A stretch of DNA of 64,000 nt from an uncultured Chloroflexia bacterium (GCA_963720375.1 CAVRFM010000006.1:4594-68593); one strand, 5' to 3'; shown: positions 21,073 to 31,204, counted from the first letter of the stretch. Program-made: numbers and translations. The notes: a model not told the origin generated them from the letters alone.

Positions 21073-21255
21073 GAGACTCAGGAGAAGCCGAAGACGTCAA
21101 AGCAGTCCTTTTACCTCACCCCACCAGCGCCTTGTAGAACCTCACGCTGTCTCCTCCTTCTGTGTCCAGGCTGAAGTTGACACCCTCCGTCGCATCGTGA
21201 TACTGTCCGTTGGGGCTCCCACCCTGCGGCCCAAGAATCGATACACGGGGTTTTC

Positions 21256-22128
21256 ATGAGAATAATCGCCACCTGGTACGGCACAGCAGCGCTTCACCTC
21301 GTCGCGGAAGATAGTCTGGGGATCTTCTTCGATCCCTGGTTTGAAAGGCCCCTGAATGCCAGGCCCAGGATCGTGGCTGATCCCAGGAACATCAAGCTGG
21401 AGCCACTCGACGTGATCTTTGTGAGCCACAGTCACTTCGACCATGTTTACAACCTGCCGGACTTAGTACAACGCTACCCTGCTGTCCATGCCTACGTGCC
21501 GGCACTGACGGCTGAGAATTGCCGGAAGCTGTCCAGTGGGGCGATCTTCAAGGACCACGTCTGCAAATTGTCAGAAAATGACTGGGAACGCGTCCACACC
21601 GTTGCAGCGGGAGACCACGCAGAGCTCTCATCCCGGGATGGCAGTGTTCGGTTGCGGGCCACGGCCATAAAATCGGGCCATGTGAGGTTTGATGTCTATT
21701 CTGTCCTTCGCGTGCTCTTCAACTACAGAGTGATCCGGGGATTCGCATACTATGCGAAGTTCCTTCTTGGATTCCCCGCGAAGGATGTGCTGGGCTGGGA
21801 ACTGCAACTGGAGACTGCCAGGGAATCCAGGCGCATCGTGTTCTTCGGCAGTCTCTGCAGGCAATACTCCCATATCCTGCTGCAATATGCCGGCTGTGAT
21901 TGTCTTGTTCTCCCTCTAGCCGGAAGGAGAAATATCCTACCGTACGCCAGCATAGTGACGGGAGTCTTACGGCCCAAGGCGGTAATCCCGGTGCACCATG
22001 ATGATTTCTTCCCTCCGATCTCCTATCCCGTTGACTACCGCAACTACTCGAAGTGGCTCAAGGAGAATTTCCCCGGGACAAGGCTGATTGAATTGCAGCC
22101 CGAACAACCAACGAGTTTCTTGATGTGA
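21256..22128 (+). CDS. MBL-fold metallo-hydrolase (UlaG-like)
   Basis: FFDPW, SHSHFDH, IPVHHDDFF. Confidence 0.85.
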   Translation: MRIIATWYGTAALHLVAEDSLGIFFDPWFERPLNARPRIVADPRNIKLEPLDVIFVSHSHFDHVYNLPDLVQRYPAVHAYVPALTAENCRKLSSGAIFKDHVCKLSENDWERVHTVAAGDHAELSSRDGSVRLRATAIKSGHVRFDVYSVLRVLFNYRVIRGFAYYAKFLLGFPAKDVLGWELQLETARESRRIVFFGSLCRQYSHILLQYAGCDCLVLPLAGRRNILPYASIVTGVLRPKAVIPVHHDDFFPPISYPVDYRNYSKWLKENFPGTRLIELQPEQPTSFLM

Positions 22129-22194
22129 ACCGGCTGCAAAGCGCCTACAGCCAATCGGCCTGCTGGCAAGGGGGCAGACAGTGGGACCAGACCT

Positions 22195-22746
22195 TCAGGG
22201 CGACTCGATAGAGACCCTGGTCATCACCACATCCTGCAGGGGCTTCTTATTGACGTCGACGGGGACGGCGGCGATTGCCCGGACAATGTCCAGTCCCTCG
22301 ATGACCTGTCCAAAGACAGCGTAGTTGCCGTCCAGATCGTGCTGAGCACCATCACAGATATAGAACTGCGATGAGGCGCTATTGGGAGACGAACCCCTGG
22401 CCATGCCCACAGCTCCGTCGGTGTGCGTTAAATCCTTATTGATCTCCAGCTTAATGGTTTGCCCTGATCCACCCATCCCTGTCCCTGTGGGGTCACCCGT
22501 TTGAATGACGAAACCTTTGACTACCCGGTGGAAGATCAGTCCATCGTAGAAGCCGCTCTCTGCCAGCTTGATGAAGTTGGCAGTGGTGATGGGAGCCTTA
22601 TCCTCGTAGAGCTCGAACTTGATGATGCCCATGCTTGTTTCCAGGACAGCGATGCGGTTGGGTGCAGCAGTACCACCGCAGCCTGTCAGCAGGACTGGTG
22701 ATAAGGCCAGCATGACTATCAAGAGAGGCCTGGAGTGTCTCCTCAT
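22195..22746 (-). CDS. Cyclophilin-type peptidyl-prolyl isomerase, lipoprotein
   Basis: [38 protein letters not shown]; LTGC lipobox. Confidence 0.92.
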   Translation of the reverse strand: MRRHSRPLLIVMLALSPVLLTGCGGTAAPNRIAVLETSMGIIKFELYEDKAPITTANFIKLAESGFYDGLIFHRVVKGFVIQTGDPTGTGMGGSGQTIKLEINKDLTHTDGAVGMARGSSPNSASSQFYICDGAQHDLDGNYAVFGQVIEGLDIVRAIAAVPVDVNKKPLQDVVMTRVSIESP

Positions 22747-22876
22747 GGCATTTAGCCGCCATGATAGGCCTGTTTGACGGCGATAGTCAAGTTCGGGGCC
22801 GCTTTGAATCAGTCCACATGCGCCACTATTGTTAAAAACGATATACTAATCAGGGAAATGGCATAGGGAGGGTAGC

Positions 22877-23920
22877 ATGGCGAAGGTACTCTACGAAGAG
22901 AAAACCTATCGGGAGATTCCCGAATCGATGGTAATCAGGCAGGCTGACGACGCCTGGCATCCCCTGAAGGACCGCCTGTACATCGAGTGGTGGTACTTCG
23001 ACCTGGTGAACGGTGACGGGAGCCTGGTCAGAGGCCAGCTATTCATTGCGGGAGATGTCTCCCGGCCAGGCAAGGTGGTGACCGGCGTCAGAGCCAGCTA
23101 TGTGAAGACCGATGGGACGGAGATCACCATTGAAGAGAGGCTCCCTTACTCCTCCTTCAAGGCTTCGACAGAGGTCTGCGATGTCCGGATCGGCAGGAAC
23201 TTCATCAGGGGAGACCTCTCGCACTACGTGGTGCATATCGAGGGCGGAGAGAAGGCCCTTGACCTGGAGCTTGATTCCAGTGTCGGGGGGTTCACCAGCC
23301 ATGCCTGCTTTGGCGATGAGACGAGGTACATGTACTGGGTGGTTCCCCAGCCGCACTGCCAGGCCCGAGGCTCCTTCAGAACCAAGGGGGAGACCTATGC
23401 TATAGAGGGGGTGGGCTATCGGGACCACAATTGGCTGAATATCGCCCCGTTGGACCTGCTGTCATACTGGGACTGGGGAAGGGTTTACAACGAAGAGTAC
23501 ACCATTATCTTTGCTGATATAGTGACCAGCGGCAGGATGGAGGGGGCTGAGGTGAAGCCGCTGCTGATCTACGACTCCCGCAAACTCGTTTACCTGACCA
23601 CGGACTCCGGGAAATGGAGTCTGGCCAAGTCAGATATGAAGCCGGATGCGGACACAGGAGAGGAGATTCCCTGGAAGCATGTGCTGAGGGTTAAAGATGA
23701 AGGGTTATCTCTGGAGATGACGCTGGAGCTGCAGAGGGCCTTTCAGAGGATAGACCTGCTGGCTGATTTCAATCCGCTGTTGAGATTCCTTATCCGGACG
23801 TTCAAGGCTAAGCCTACTGTAACGTCATTCTTCTCTCTTGGCTCGGGGAAGATGGAGATTGACGGACAGCAGAAGAGTCTGAGCTGCACGGCGATCCATG
23901 AGCTGGTGAAGAACCACTAG
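22877..23920 (+). CDS. CrtC/lipocalin-like (tocopherol-cyclase-like) protein
   Basis: EWWYFD, GYRDHNW, WDWG motifs. Confidence 0.6.
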   Translation: MAKVLYEEKTYREIPESMVIRQADDAWHPLKDRLYIEWWYFDLVNGDGSLVRGQLFIAGDVSRPGKVVTGVRASYVKTDGTEITIEERLPYSSFKASTEVCDVRIGRNFIRGDLSHYVVHIEGGEKALDLELDSSVGGFTSHACFGDETRYMYWVVPQPHCQARGSFRTKGETYAIEGVGYRDHNWLNIAPLDLLSYWDWGRVYNEEYTIIFADIVTSGRMEGAEVKPLLIYDSRKLVYLTTDSGKWSLAKSDMKPDADTGEEIPWKHVLRVKDEGLSLEMTLELQRAFQRIDLLADFNPLLRFLIRTFKAKPTVTSFFSLGSGKMEIDGQQKSLSCTAIHELVKNH

Positions 23921-23961
23921 TATCTAGCGTTGTCATCCCCGCAGTGAATCCACTAGCCTTC

Positions 23962-24022
23962 ATTGGGCGCTTCGCGAAGCCCCTAACACCCGTTGTCATT
24001 CCCGTGCAAACGGGAATCCAGA
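23962..24022. repeat. REP-like palindrome cluster
   Basis: GGGCGCTTCGCGAAGCCC plus ATTCCC-GTGCAAAC-GGGAAT at 23998-24017, between convergent genes. Confidence 0.75.
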
Positions 24023-24055
24023 ACCAATTGAAAAGGGGGCTGTGATAACCAGGCG

Positions 24056-24752
24056 CTAGGCCCAGCCCTCGGCGGCGAGGGCGTCGTGCAGTTCATCGGG
24101 GTGGTGGCGGCAGCGGTACTCCAGGCGGCTGGATTCGGCATGCGCCTTGCTGTAGGGCCAGCCTTTGGCCATGCGATTGCGCTCATGAAGCTCGTGCAGC
24201 AGCACGTACGGGCGCTCCTCCTCCATGATATCGTCATCGATCCAGACCTGGTTTTCCGGCACAAACTCATACACGTAGTCGTGGCCGCCGGCGGTAAAAT
24301 CGATGTCGAAAACGCTGCGCACCAGACGCCCGGTGACGATCCAGACGCTGAGGCCACTCTCCAGCGTCTTCCACAGCCGCTGGTGGACTTCCTGTCCGTC
24401 CGGCAGTTTCCGCCCGTGATGAGTCAAAAGGTTGACGTCTCCGGCACGGCGGCGCTCTTTGCGCTCCTCGCGGTCGGCCAGCGGCAGGGCCTTTTCATAC
24501 GGCATGCCCTTTGGCCATAAGATGGTGCTCCATCAGCAGGTGGTCGATGAAAAAGCTCTGCTCATCTGATCTGGTGGCCTGATCGATCCACAGCTGGTTC
24601 AAGGGGATATATTTATAGCGGTAGTGCTGGCCGAAGTTGGTGAACTCCTCGTCCATGTGGCCGCGGATATAGACGCCATCAACCAGCCATACCTCCAGAT
24701 CACCCCGATCATCCAGCTTTTGGAGATAAGGCAGTTTCAATGACTCCGCCAT
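24056..24752 (-). CDS. Hypothetical protein with a duplicated HE-L-E/H domain, frameshift near 24505
   Basis: Both halves read VW(L/I)V.G..(I/V)R...F..(F/G)G..Y.Y..(I/V)P....WID; removing one G joins AKG to MPYEKAL. Confidence 0.6.
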
Positions 24753-24773
24753 AAGCCCTTCCTCTGTTGCCGG

Positions 24774-25532
24774 CTAGCGCAGCATCGCCTGGCCGCCATC
24801 CACCATGAGGGTCTGGCCGGTGATGTAGTCGGAATCCGGGCTGGCCAGGAAAACCACCGCCCGCCCGATGTCCTTCTCGCAATCGCCCAGACGGCGCAGC
24901 GGCGTCAGCCCTGCGATGAGGTCCAGCATGCCCGGGTGAGCCTGCCCCCAATCCAGGAAGCGGGGTGAGGCCGCCAGGGGGCAGATGGCGTTCACATTGA
25001 TCTTGTACTGGCCCCATTCGTGGCAGGCCACACGGGTCAGCGCCCGGATGCCCTCCTTGGAGGCAGCATAGCCTGTCCAGCCCACATGCCCTTCCAGTCC
25101 GGCGGCCGAGCCGAAGTTGATGATCTTGCCGCCGTGTTTCTTCATATAGGGAAAGCACTCCTGCATAAAGTAGAAGGTCCCCATCAAGCCTGACCCCAGC
25201 GCCAGGGCCATGTCGTCATCTGTGGTGTCCTCCATGAGCACGTCACCCCTGTAACCCTGGGCGACATTGACCAGGATATGCACTGTGCCGAACTCCTTCA
25301 CTGCTGCCGCTACCACGGCCTTGACCTGGGCGCGGTGGCTCACGTCGCAGGTCACTGCCAGCGCCCTGCCGCCGAGGGCCTTGATTTCCTTTGCCGTCCG
25401 GATGCCGTTCTCTGCTATCAGCTCAGCCACGACGACCGCCGCTCCTTCTTTGACCAGCTCCAGAGCAACCCCCCGGCCGATGCCCTGACCGGCCCCGGTG
25501 ACAATAGCTACCTTACCGTCCAGCTTTCCCAT
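24774..25532 (-). CDS. SDR family oxidoreductase
   Basis: TGAGQGIG, YAASK, ITGQTLMVDGG. Confidence 0.92.
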   Translation of the reverse strand: MGKLDGKVAIVTGAGQGIGRGVALELVKEGAAVVVAELIAENGIRTAKEIKALGGRALAVTCDVSHRAQVKAVVAAAVKEFGTVHILVNVAQGYRGDVLMEDTTDDDMALALGSGLMGTFYFMQECFPYMKKHGGKIINFGSAAGLEGHVGWTGYAASKEGIRALTRVACHEWGQYKINVNAICPLAASPRFLDWGQAHPGMLDLIAGLTPLRRLGDCEKDIGRAVVFLASPDSDYITGQTLMVDGGQAMLR

Positions 25533-25675
25533 GGATGATCAACCTCCTTTGTCAATCATTTTGCCAGCAATATCCCTGATTACATGTCGATATATACCTT
25601 ATATAAACGGCTTGTCAAACATGTCTCTGAGATCGTTTGCTAACTATACAACTGCCACAGACTTAAAGCCAGGCG

Positions 25676-26161
25676 CTAGACCGATGCCAGAATGACAGTG
25701 TAGTTCTTGCCGTAGACCTTGGCACACCTGGGACAGGTGGTATAGAAGAAGTACATCTTCTTCATTTCCCTGCCCTTTGATTTGACATAGCCATTCATTT
25801 CCCTGACCCACTTGCCGGTATCCTTGAACGATCCTTCAAAGACCTTGCTGAGGAAAGTTCCCGATATCTTTTCCATCCTGGCCCCGGGCACCTCTTTGCT
25901 CACGGCGATGTAGAGGTCGGCTCCAAAAAGAGACTTCTCCTCATAGAGCATCAGCGGCATGGCAGAAAGGGCATCGGCCTGCTTGATTCTCTCCATGTTC
26001 CTCAGCATCACTTTCCCGAAGCCCAGCGGGATATGCAGAAAAGTGCAGACATGGTCTTTGATGAACAGCTTGTCCTGGAAGGTCACCTCTTTGTCAGTCC
26101 ACGGCTCCGGATTGAACCTGGGGCAGCAACCTGTCTCTGATTGTTCGTAAAGTTTGTCCAT
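25676..26161 (-). CDS. Conserved hypothetical protein (putative hydrolase, GyrI-like fold)
   Basis: ETGCCPRFNPEPW...FFYTTCPRCAKVYGKNY, a recurrent anaerobe family. Confidence 0.65.
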   Translation of the reverse strand: MDKLYEQSETGCCPRFNPEPWTDKEVTFQDKLFIKDHVCTFLHIPLGFGKVMLRNMERIKQADALSAMPLMLYEEKSLFGADLYIAVSKEVPGARMEKISGTFLSKVFEGSFKDTGKWVREMNGYVKSKGREMKKMYFFYTTCPRCAKVYGKNYTVILASV

Positions 26162-26397
26162 AGTGATCAGCTCCTTTCGCTCGGTTTCTGACATTTTAGC
26201 ATCTGACTCGATAGCTGTGAAGTGTGGAGCACAGACCTGCATCTGATGATCCGGCAGAAGGATAGGGCAGAGCAAAAGCTCATCCGGAAACCAGCGGCTT
26301 GTGCCGGAGGCAGGGCTGATGGCCCGTATTTAAGCTATCTCATAGAAGATCAATTCATGTCAGCTAATTCATCTCAAAAAGACATTCGTTTACGCAA

Positions 26398-26426
26398 TTG
26401 ACAATTATGACATTGTAGGCTATATA
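26398..26426 (+). promoter_or_regulatory. Probable sigma70 promoter
   Basis: TTGACA-N17-TATATA. Confidence 0.45.
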
Positions 26427-26632
26427 TATACCCGACCCTGTCGCTCTATAACAACAGAGAAGCCCGCCTACTATAGGTCAGTACCCGTAGCAATCACTAA
26501 TAGTATCCTCGCTGTGTGGGGAGAATGAGGGATGTTCTGAGCAAAATATAGCAAAGCCGGAGACAGATCCATGGCTGCATCACCGAGCTGTCTCTGAAGT
26601 AAATAAATATATTAAAAGGGGGGTTAGGAAAG

Positions 26633-27184
26633 ATGGCAGATGCTCTCAGGGAACGAATCATGAACTACATGGACAGGTGCCCGGTATGTACTGTTGCTAC
26701 GGTCGGCGTTGACGGTCAGCCAAATGTGGCTACGGTCTATTTCAAGAGAAAGGGGCTGGACGTCTACTTCAATACTGACAGAAGCAGTCAGAAAGTGCAG
26801 AACATCCTGGCCAACTCCAGGGTGGCCATAGCAATGCAGGAAGACGCACCCGTTCCCAGGGCAAGTCTGGAGATTAAGGGTATTCAGAGTGTCGGAACAG
26901 CCGGAGTATTAGCTGACGGGGATACTGCCGGAGTGCCCAGGGCGGTGATCACCAGGCACAACGCCTTCAACCGCACCGGGTCCGGGAGTTCCGTGGTTAT
27001 CAGGGTGACTCTGGCTGAGATATCTCTGATTGATTATTCGCTTGGTCTCTGGCATCGAGACCAGATCCGGCCTCAATCGGGGACAGACGTGCACCAGAGT
27101 GTTGATGCTGCCACTCTCCTCCGTTACCCGAGGTTAATCACCCCGATAGTCACTGTCTCCGGCCTGGATGCCGGGTTGGGCTAG
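26633..27184 (+). CDS. Pyridoxamine 5'-phosphate oxidase-like FMN-binding protein
   Basis: VATVGVDGQPNVATV.F, S.K.QNI..N.RVAI; the C-terminus may be out of frame. Confidence 0.75.
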   Translation: MADALRERIMNYMDRCPVCTVATVGVDGQPNVATVYFKRKGLDVYFNTDRSSQKVQNILANSRVAIAMQEDAPVPRASLEIKGIQSVGTAGVLADGDTAGVPRAVITRHNAFNRTGSGSSVVIRVTLAEISLIDYSLGLWHRDQIRPQSGTDVHQSVDAATLLRYPRLITPIVTVSGLDAGLG

Positions 27185-27204
27185 CGCCTCAACAACCCTG
27201 CATT

Positions 27205-27288
27205 TCCCTCTCCCTTTGATGGGAGAGGGCTGGGGTGAGGGTGATGTTCTTACGCCCATTGTCATTCCCGTGCAAACGGGAATCCAGG
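27205..27288. repeat. REP-like palindrome cluster
   Basis: CCCTCTCCC..GGGAGAGGG plus ATTCCC-N8-GGGAAT at 27264-27283. Confidence 0.75.
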
Positions 27289-27313
27289 AGGGTGGCGACT
27301 TGATGGAGGTGTA

Positions 27314-28393
27314 TCAGTTGGGGTTGAAGCGTACCACCACGATGTCCCCATCCTGAACCTGATAGTTTCTTCCCTCCATGCGCTGCTTGCCGGCACGGGC
27401 CGCCGCGGCCTCGCTGCCCAGCTCCAGCAGGTCTTCACAGCGGATGACTTCCATACGGATGAAGCCCTTCTCCATATCCGTGTGAATCTTGCCTGCAGCT
27501 ACAGGTGCGAGGTCCCCCTGACGGCATGTCCAGGCATGGACTTCGTCCTCACCGGTCGTAAAGAAGCTGACCAGCCCTAACATGCGGTACGCGGCGCGGA
27601 GCAGCCTCTCCATCGATGATTCCTTCAAGCCAAGCGCCGCCAGGAAATCCTGCCGGTCCGCAGGATCAAGCTCACTTATCTCGGCTTCATCCCGGCCGCA
27701 GATGACGACCATCTCCGAGCCTTCCGCACTGGCGATCTCCTGAAGCCCCTTCACCGCAGAATTCGATGAGTCCTGTATCGATTTGACGTTGGCTATGTAG
27801 AGCACGGGTTTAATAGAAAGCAGATTGCAGTCGCGGATGCTGGCGATCTCAATGGCGCTTAGACTTTGCCGCCGCGCCGGTATGCCTTGTCCCAGGCCGT
27901 CTTTGACTTTCTGACAGTTTTCCACCATACGTGATAGGTCGGCATCGGTGCGTGCCTTCTTTGCCAGGCGGCCGATCTTGTTCTGCAGCGTCTGGCTGTC
28001 AGCGACCATCAGCTCCAGATCGATGTTCTCCACATCGCGCCTGTGGTCTATGGTGCGCTGTTTAAGGGGAGCAGTCTCGTCTTCAAAGCACCGGACGACG
28101 TGCAGCAACGCCTCAACATCTTTGATGTGGGACAGCAGGCGCAGCCCCCGGCCGTCTCCTGCCGCAGACTGGGGTTTGATGCCGGGAATATCCACAATAT
28201 CCACGGTGGCGGGGACAGTCTTCGCCGGATGGTATATGTCCGCCAGGAGATAGACACGCCGATCGGGGACACTGACAACAGCGCGGTTCATCTCCGAGCC
28301 GCTGTAGCTGGCTGCGCCCGCGGCGGTGATGGCATTGAAAATCGTGGTCTTTCCGGACGAAGGAAGGCCAATCAGTCCGCAGGTGAGTGACGT
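27314..28393 (-). CDS. ychF: YchF/OLA1-family ATPase with an apparent ACG start
   Basis: In-frame N-terminus SLTCGLIGLPSSGKTTIFNAIT; DIPG; TGS domain FFTTGEDEVHAWT...IHTDMEKGFIR. Confidence 0.88.
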   Translation of the reverse strand, partial: TSLTCGLIGLPSSGKTTIFNAITAAGAASYSGSEMNRAVVSVPDRRVYLLADIYHPAKTVPATVDIVDIPGIKPQSAAGDGRGLRLLSHIKDVEALLHVVRCFEDETAPLKQRTIDHRRDVENIDLELMVADSQTLQNKIGRLAKKARTDADLSRMVENCQKVKDGLGQGIPARRQSLSAIEIASIRDCNLLSIKPVLYIANVKSIQDSSNSAVKGLQEIASAEGSEMVVICGRDEAEISELDPADRQDFLAALGLKESSMERLLRAAYRMLGLVSFFTTGEDEVHAWTCRQGDLAPVAAGKIHTDMEKGFIRMEVIRCEDLLELGSEAAAARAGKQRMEGRNYQVQDGDIVVVRFNPN

Positions 28394-28615
28394 AGAAGTT
28401 CCTTTTGTCTGCCCCCGGACAGCCGGCTGCTGTTGGAGGGATCAGGAGTTGATAGGAGGCATCGCATGTTCTAAGAGCACAATTATACGCCGCAAATGAG
28501 GCGGTTTCAAACGTTGATTCCGGTGTGGTTCACCTTCCCCGTACCTGTCATTCCCTCGGGCATAGTGTACAATGGTGACTGAGGACCGGCCCTTAAGCCG
28601 CTCGGAGACAGCACC

Positions 28616-29191
28616 ATGAAGAAGATCATCCTGGCCTCAGCTTCGCCCAGAAGAAAGGAATTGCTGGAGGCGATCGGCCTCAAGTTCGAGGTGGAGCCGA
28701 GCAACTATGAAGAGGATATCAGCTCCGCCGCAGACCCCCATGAGCTGGTAAAATCCCTGTCCCTGGCGAAGGCCCGTGCGGTGGCCGGGAACCACCGCAG
28801 TGCCCTCATTATTGCCGCAGATACCCTGGTGGTCTGCGAAGGCAGGTTGCTGGGCAAGCCGCATACGGAAACCGAGGCCAGGGAAATGCTGGAGGCCATT
28901 AACGGTAAGCAGCATTCGGTGATCACGGGCTTCACCATCATGGATGCCGGCGATAATAGAGCGGTGTCCGGATCGGTGGAGACCAGGGTTTATATGAAGC
29001 GGCTGACATCTGAGGAGATCGGGGCTTATGTCAAATCAGGGGAGCCGCTGGGCAAGGCCGGAGGATATGCTATCCAGGGGCTGGGCTCGGTCATCGTGGA
29101 GCGGATTGAGGGGGATTATTGCAATGTGGTGGGGCTTCCCCTGAGCGCTCTCGCAGAGAGCTTGAAGGAATTCGGCGTCCGCGTGCTGTAG
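28616..29191 (+). CDS. maf: Maf-family nucleoside triphosphate pyrophosphatase
   Basis: LASASPRRKELL, AADTLV, KAGGYAIQG, NVVGLP. Confidence 0.95.
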   Translation: MKKIILASASPRRKELLEAIGLKFEVEPSNYEEDISSAADPHELVKSLSLAKARAVAGNHRSALIIAADTLVVCEGRLLGKPHTETEAREMLEAINGKQHSVITGFTIMDAGDNRAVSGSVETRVYMKRLTSEEIGAYVKSGEPLGKAGGYAIQGLGSVIVERIEGDYCNVVGLPLSALAESLKEFGVRVL

Positions 29192-29200
29192 CGCAGAAGT

Positions 29201-29630
29201 CTATCGCCCTTTCGGCAGTGGCGCTTTGACTGTGAGCAACTGCTTCACCTGGTCCAGATCATGTTCCGATGCCACCTTGATGAAGAGCCAGCGTCCCTCG
29301 GGATACGGGTGGGCATCCTCAATGGCCTTCCTCACATTCCGGCCCGGGGCCAGTCCCAGCACTTCCTCTACCTGGGCCTCACCGAGAATAATCTGCACGG
29401 TGAATTCTTCTTTCCCGGGATAGAGGGATAACAGCGCCTTGCCTCCCTTGCGGAAGCGGAGCGCCCAGCCGTAGTTCTTGCCATAGAAACCGAGGTCCTG
29501 CCTGGACGCGATAGTTATCGGCAATGAACCGGGCCAGGCCTTCCCACAGAGGTCTGCCGGGGCCGATTGCGGCGAATATCTCCTCCATCGTCGGCCGGTG
29601 TTCTTTATCGGTGAATATGCCTCTAGCCAT
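29201..29630 (-). CDS. DUF3788-like protein, frameshift near 29500
   Basis: FTDKEHRPT then YGKNYGWALRFRKGGKALLSLYP and YPEGRWL in a second frame. Confidence 0.7.
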
Positions 29631-29639
29631 AGTTTTCGG

Positions 29640-30976
29640 TTACCCTGCCCTGCCGATCGCTCTGCGGGCGGCGTTCTCTCCCGCGACATAGCCTGTGGAG
29701 AAGGCGGCCTGGAGGTTGTAGCCGCCGGTGTCGGCGTCCAGGTCCAGCACCTCGCCGCAGAGGTAAAGGCCCTTCACCAGGCGGGAGGCCATGGTCTGCG
29801 GATCGATCTCCTTGAGGGAGACACCGCCGGCGGTGACCGTGGCGGCGGCCATGGGCAGCGGGCCCTTGATGTTGAAGCGGAGCGACTTGAGCAGGCGCAA
29901 CAGCCGCTCGCGCTCCTCGGCCTTTATCTGGTGCCCCAGCCTGTCGGGCGGGATGCCGGTCAGCCGGATGAAGGGATCAACCATCTTGTGGGGCAGCAGC
30001 CCGTCGAGGAGGTGGCGGCAGGTCCGCCTTCCGTAGCGGTCGAAGTCGCCCTGCAGCCGCTGGCGCAGTTGTTCCTCATCGAGGTCCGGGAAGATGTCGA
30101 TGGAGATACCGACGGGGCCATGCTCCAGCGCATCGACGACAGCCAGGCTCATCAGCAGGGTTGCCGGCCCGCTGATGCCGAAGTGGGCCATCATCACCTC
30201 GCCCGTGCGGCTTTCGATGATGGGGGGCGGCGGTTTCTTCCCGGCTATGCCGCGTCCATAATCCCTGGTTGGGGGTCAGAGAGGGATCGATCTCATCGGC
30301 GGGGCACTGATAGGCAGTGAGGCGTACATGGCGCAGGCTGACTCCCTGCATGCTCTTGGCCAGTTCTGCCTCACGGACGATAAGAGGAACCAGAGCGGGA
30401 CGCAATTTGACGATGGTATGGCCGAGGGCAGCCGCCAGGCGGTAGCTGTCACCGCTGGAGCCGGTCTCGGGATAGGAAGCGCCTCCGGCGGCCAGGACTA
30501 CGGCGGCCGCGCCATGCTCCTCCTGCTCCGTCCGGACGCTGACTGTCTTCCCCTTTTCAACCCGTATGGCGGCCACCGGGGTGCGGGCCAGTGTCCGGAC
30601 ACCGCCGTCCGATATGTACTGTTCCAGGGCTCTGACAACATCGCCGGCATCGCCCGAGGCGGGGAAAATCCGCCCGTCCGCTTCGGTTTCAGTCTCCACG
30701 CCATAGCGGCTCAGGAGCGCCAGCAGGTCATGCGCGGAAGAAATGGCGAAACGCAGGGTAAAGAAACCGTCCGTTGGGGCCGTACATGGGGATGAAGTCA
30801 TCCGGTTCCCTGGCGTTGGTCAGGTTGCAGCGGGTCTTGCCGCTGAGGCGGAGTTTATTGCCGGGGCGCTCCGTCTTTTCCAGCAGAAGGACGCTGGCAC
30901 CAAGCTCGGCCGCCCGTCCGGCGGCTATCATACCGCTGGCCCCGGCGCCAATGACGACGACCTGCTTTGCAGTCAC
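29640..30976 (-). CDS. HI0933/BaiN-like NAD(P)/FAD oxidoreductase, several frameshifts
   Basis: IGAGASG..AA, GKTRCNLTN, AAGGASYPETGSSG, AAATVTAGGV, DADTGGYNLQAAFSTG spread over three frames. Confidence 0.88.
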
Positions 30977-31037
30977 GCGAGACCTCTCATGGCTGATATT
31001 CTAACGCTGCTGGCCGAGAGAATCCACAATTCCCCTC

Positions 31038-31066
31038 TGGATTCCCGTTTGCACGGGAATGACAAC
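31038..31066. repeat. dRS3-like palindrome
   Basis: ATTCCC-GTTTGCAC-GGGAAT at 31041-31060. Confidence 0.75.
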
Positions 31067-31204
31067 AGGCTGGGCCTTCTTGGATTCCGGCCTGCGGGGG
31101 GTTGTTTTGAATTTTGTCCTTTGGTCATTATGATTTGTTTAGAATTTCGTGCTTGGGAATTCAGGGGTGAGAACCGCCCCTGCGGTAATGCACCCGTTAC
31201 GCTC

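Larger units (their letters stand above)
14590..21180 (+). mobile_element. Array of 12 same-orientation recombination-site-like elements separating cargo genes (integron-like, integrase absent)
   Basis: Left arms at 14606, 15074, 17015, 17433, 17834, 18738, 19189, 19784, 20315 and 21138; right arms at 14632, 15102, 17100, 18136, 19216, 20648 and 21168. The repeats are seen directly; the mobile-element role is inferred. Confidence 0.6.

Noticed and set aside
14590-21180. CRISPR array
   Set aside because: Intervals are hundreds to thousands of bp and contain genes, the repeats are degenerate, and there are no cas genes.
26430-26630. Riboswitch in the 200-nt leader of the FMN-binding gene
   Set aside because: No FMN, TPP, SAM or glycine consensus could be matched by eye.
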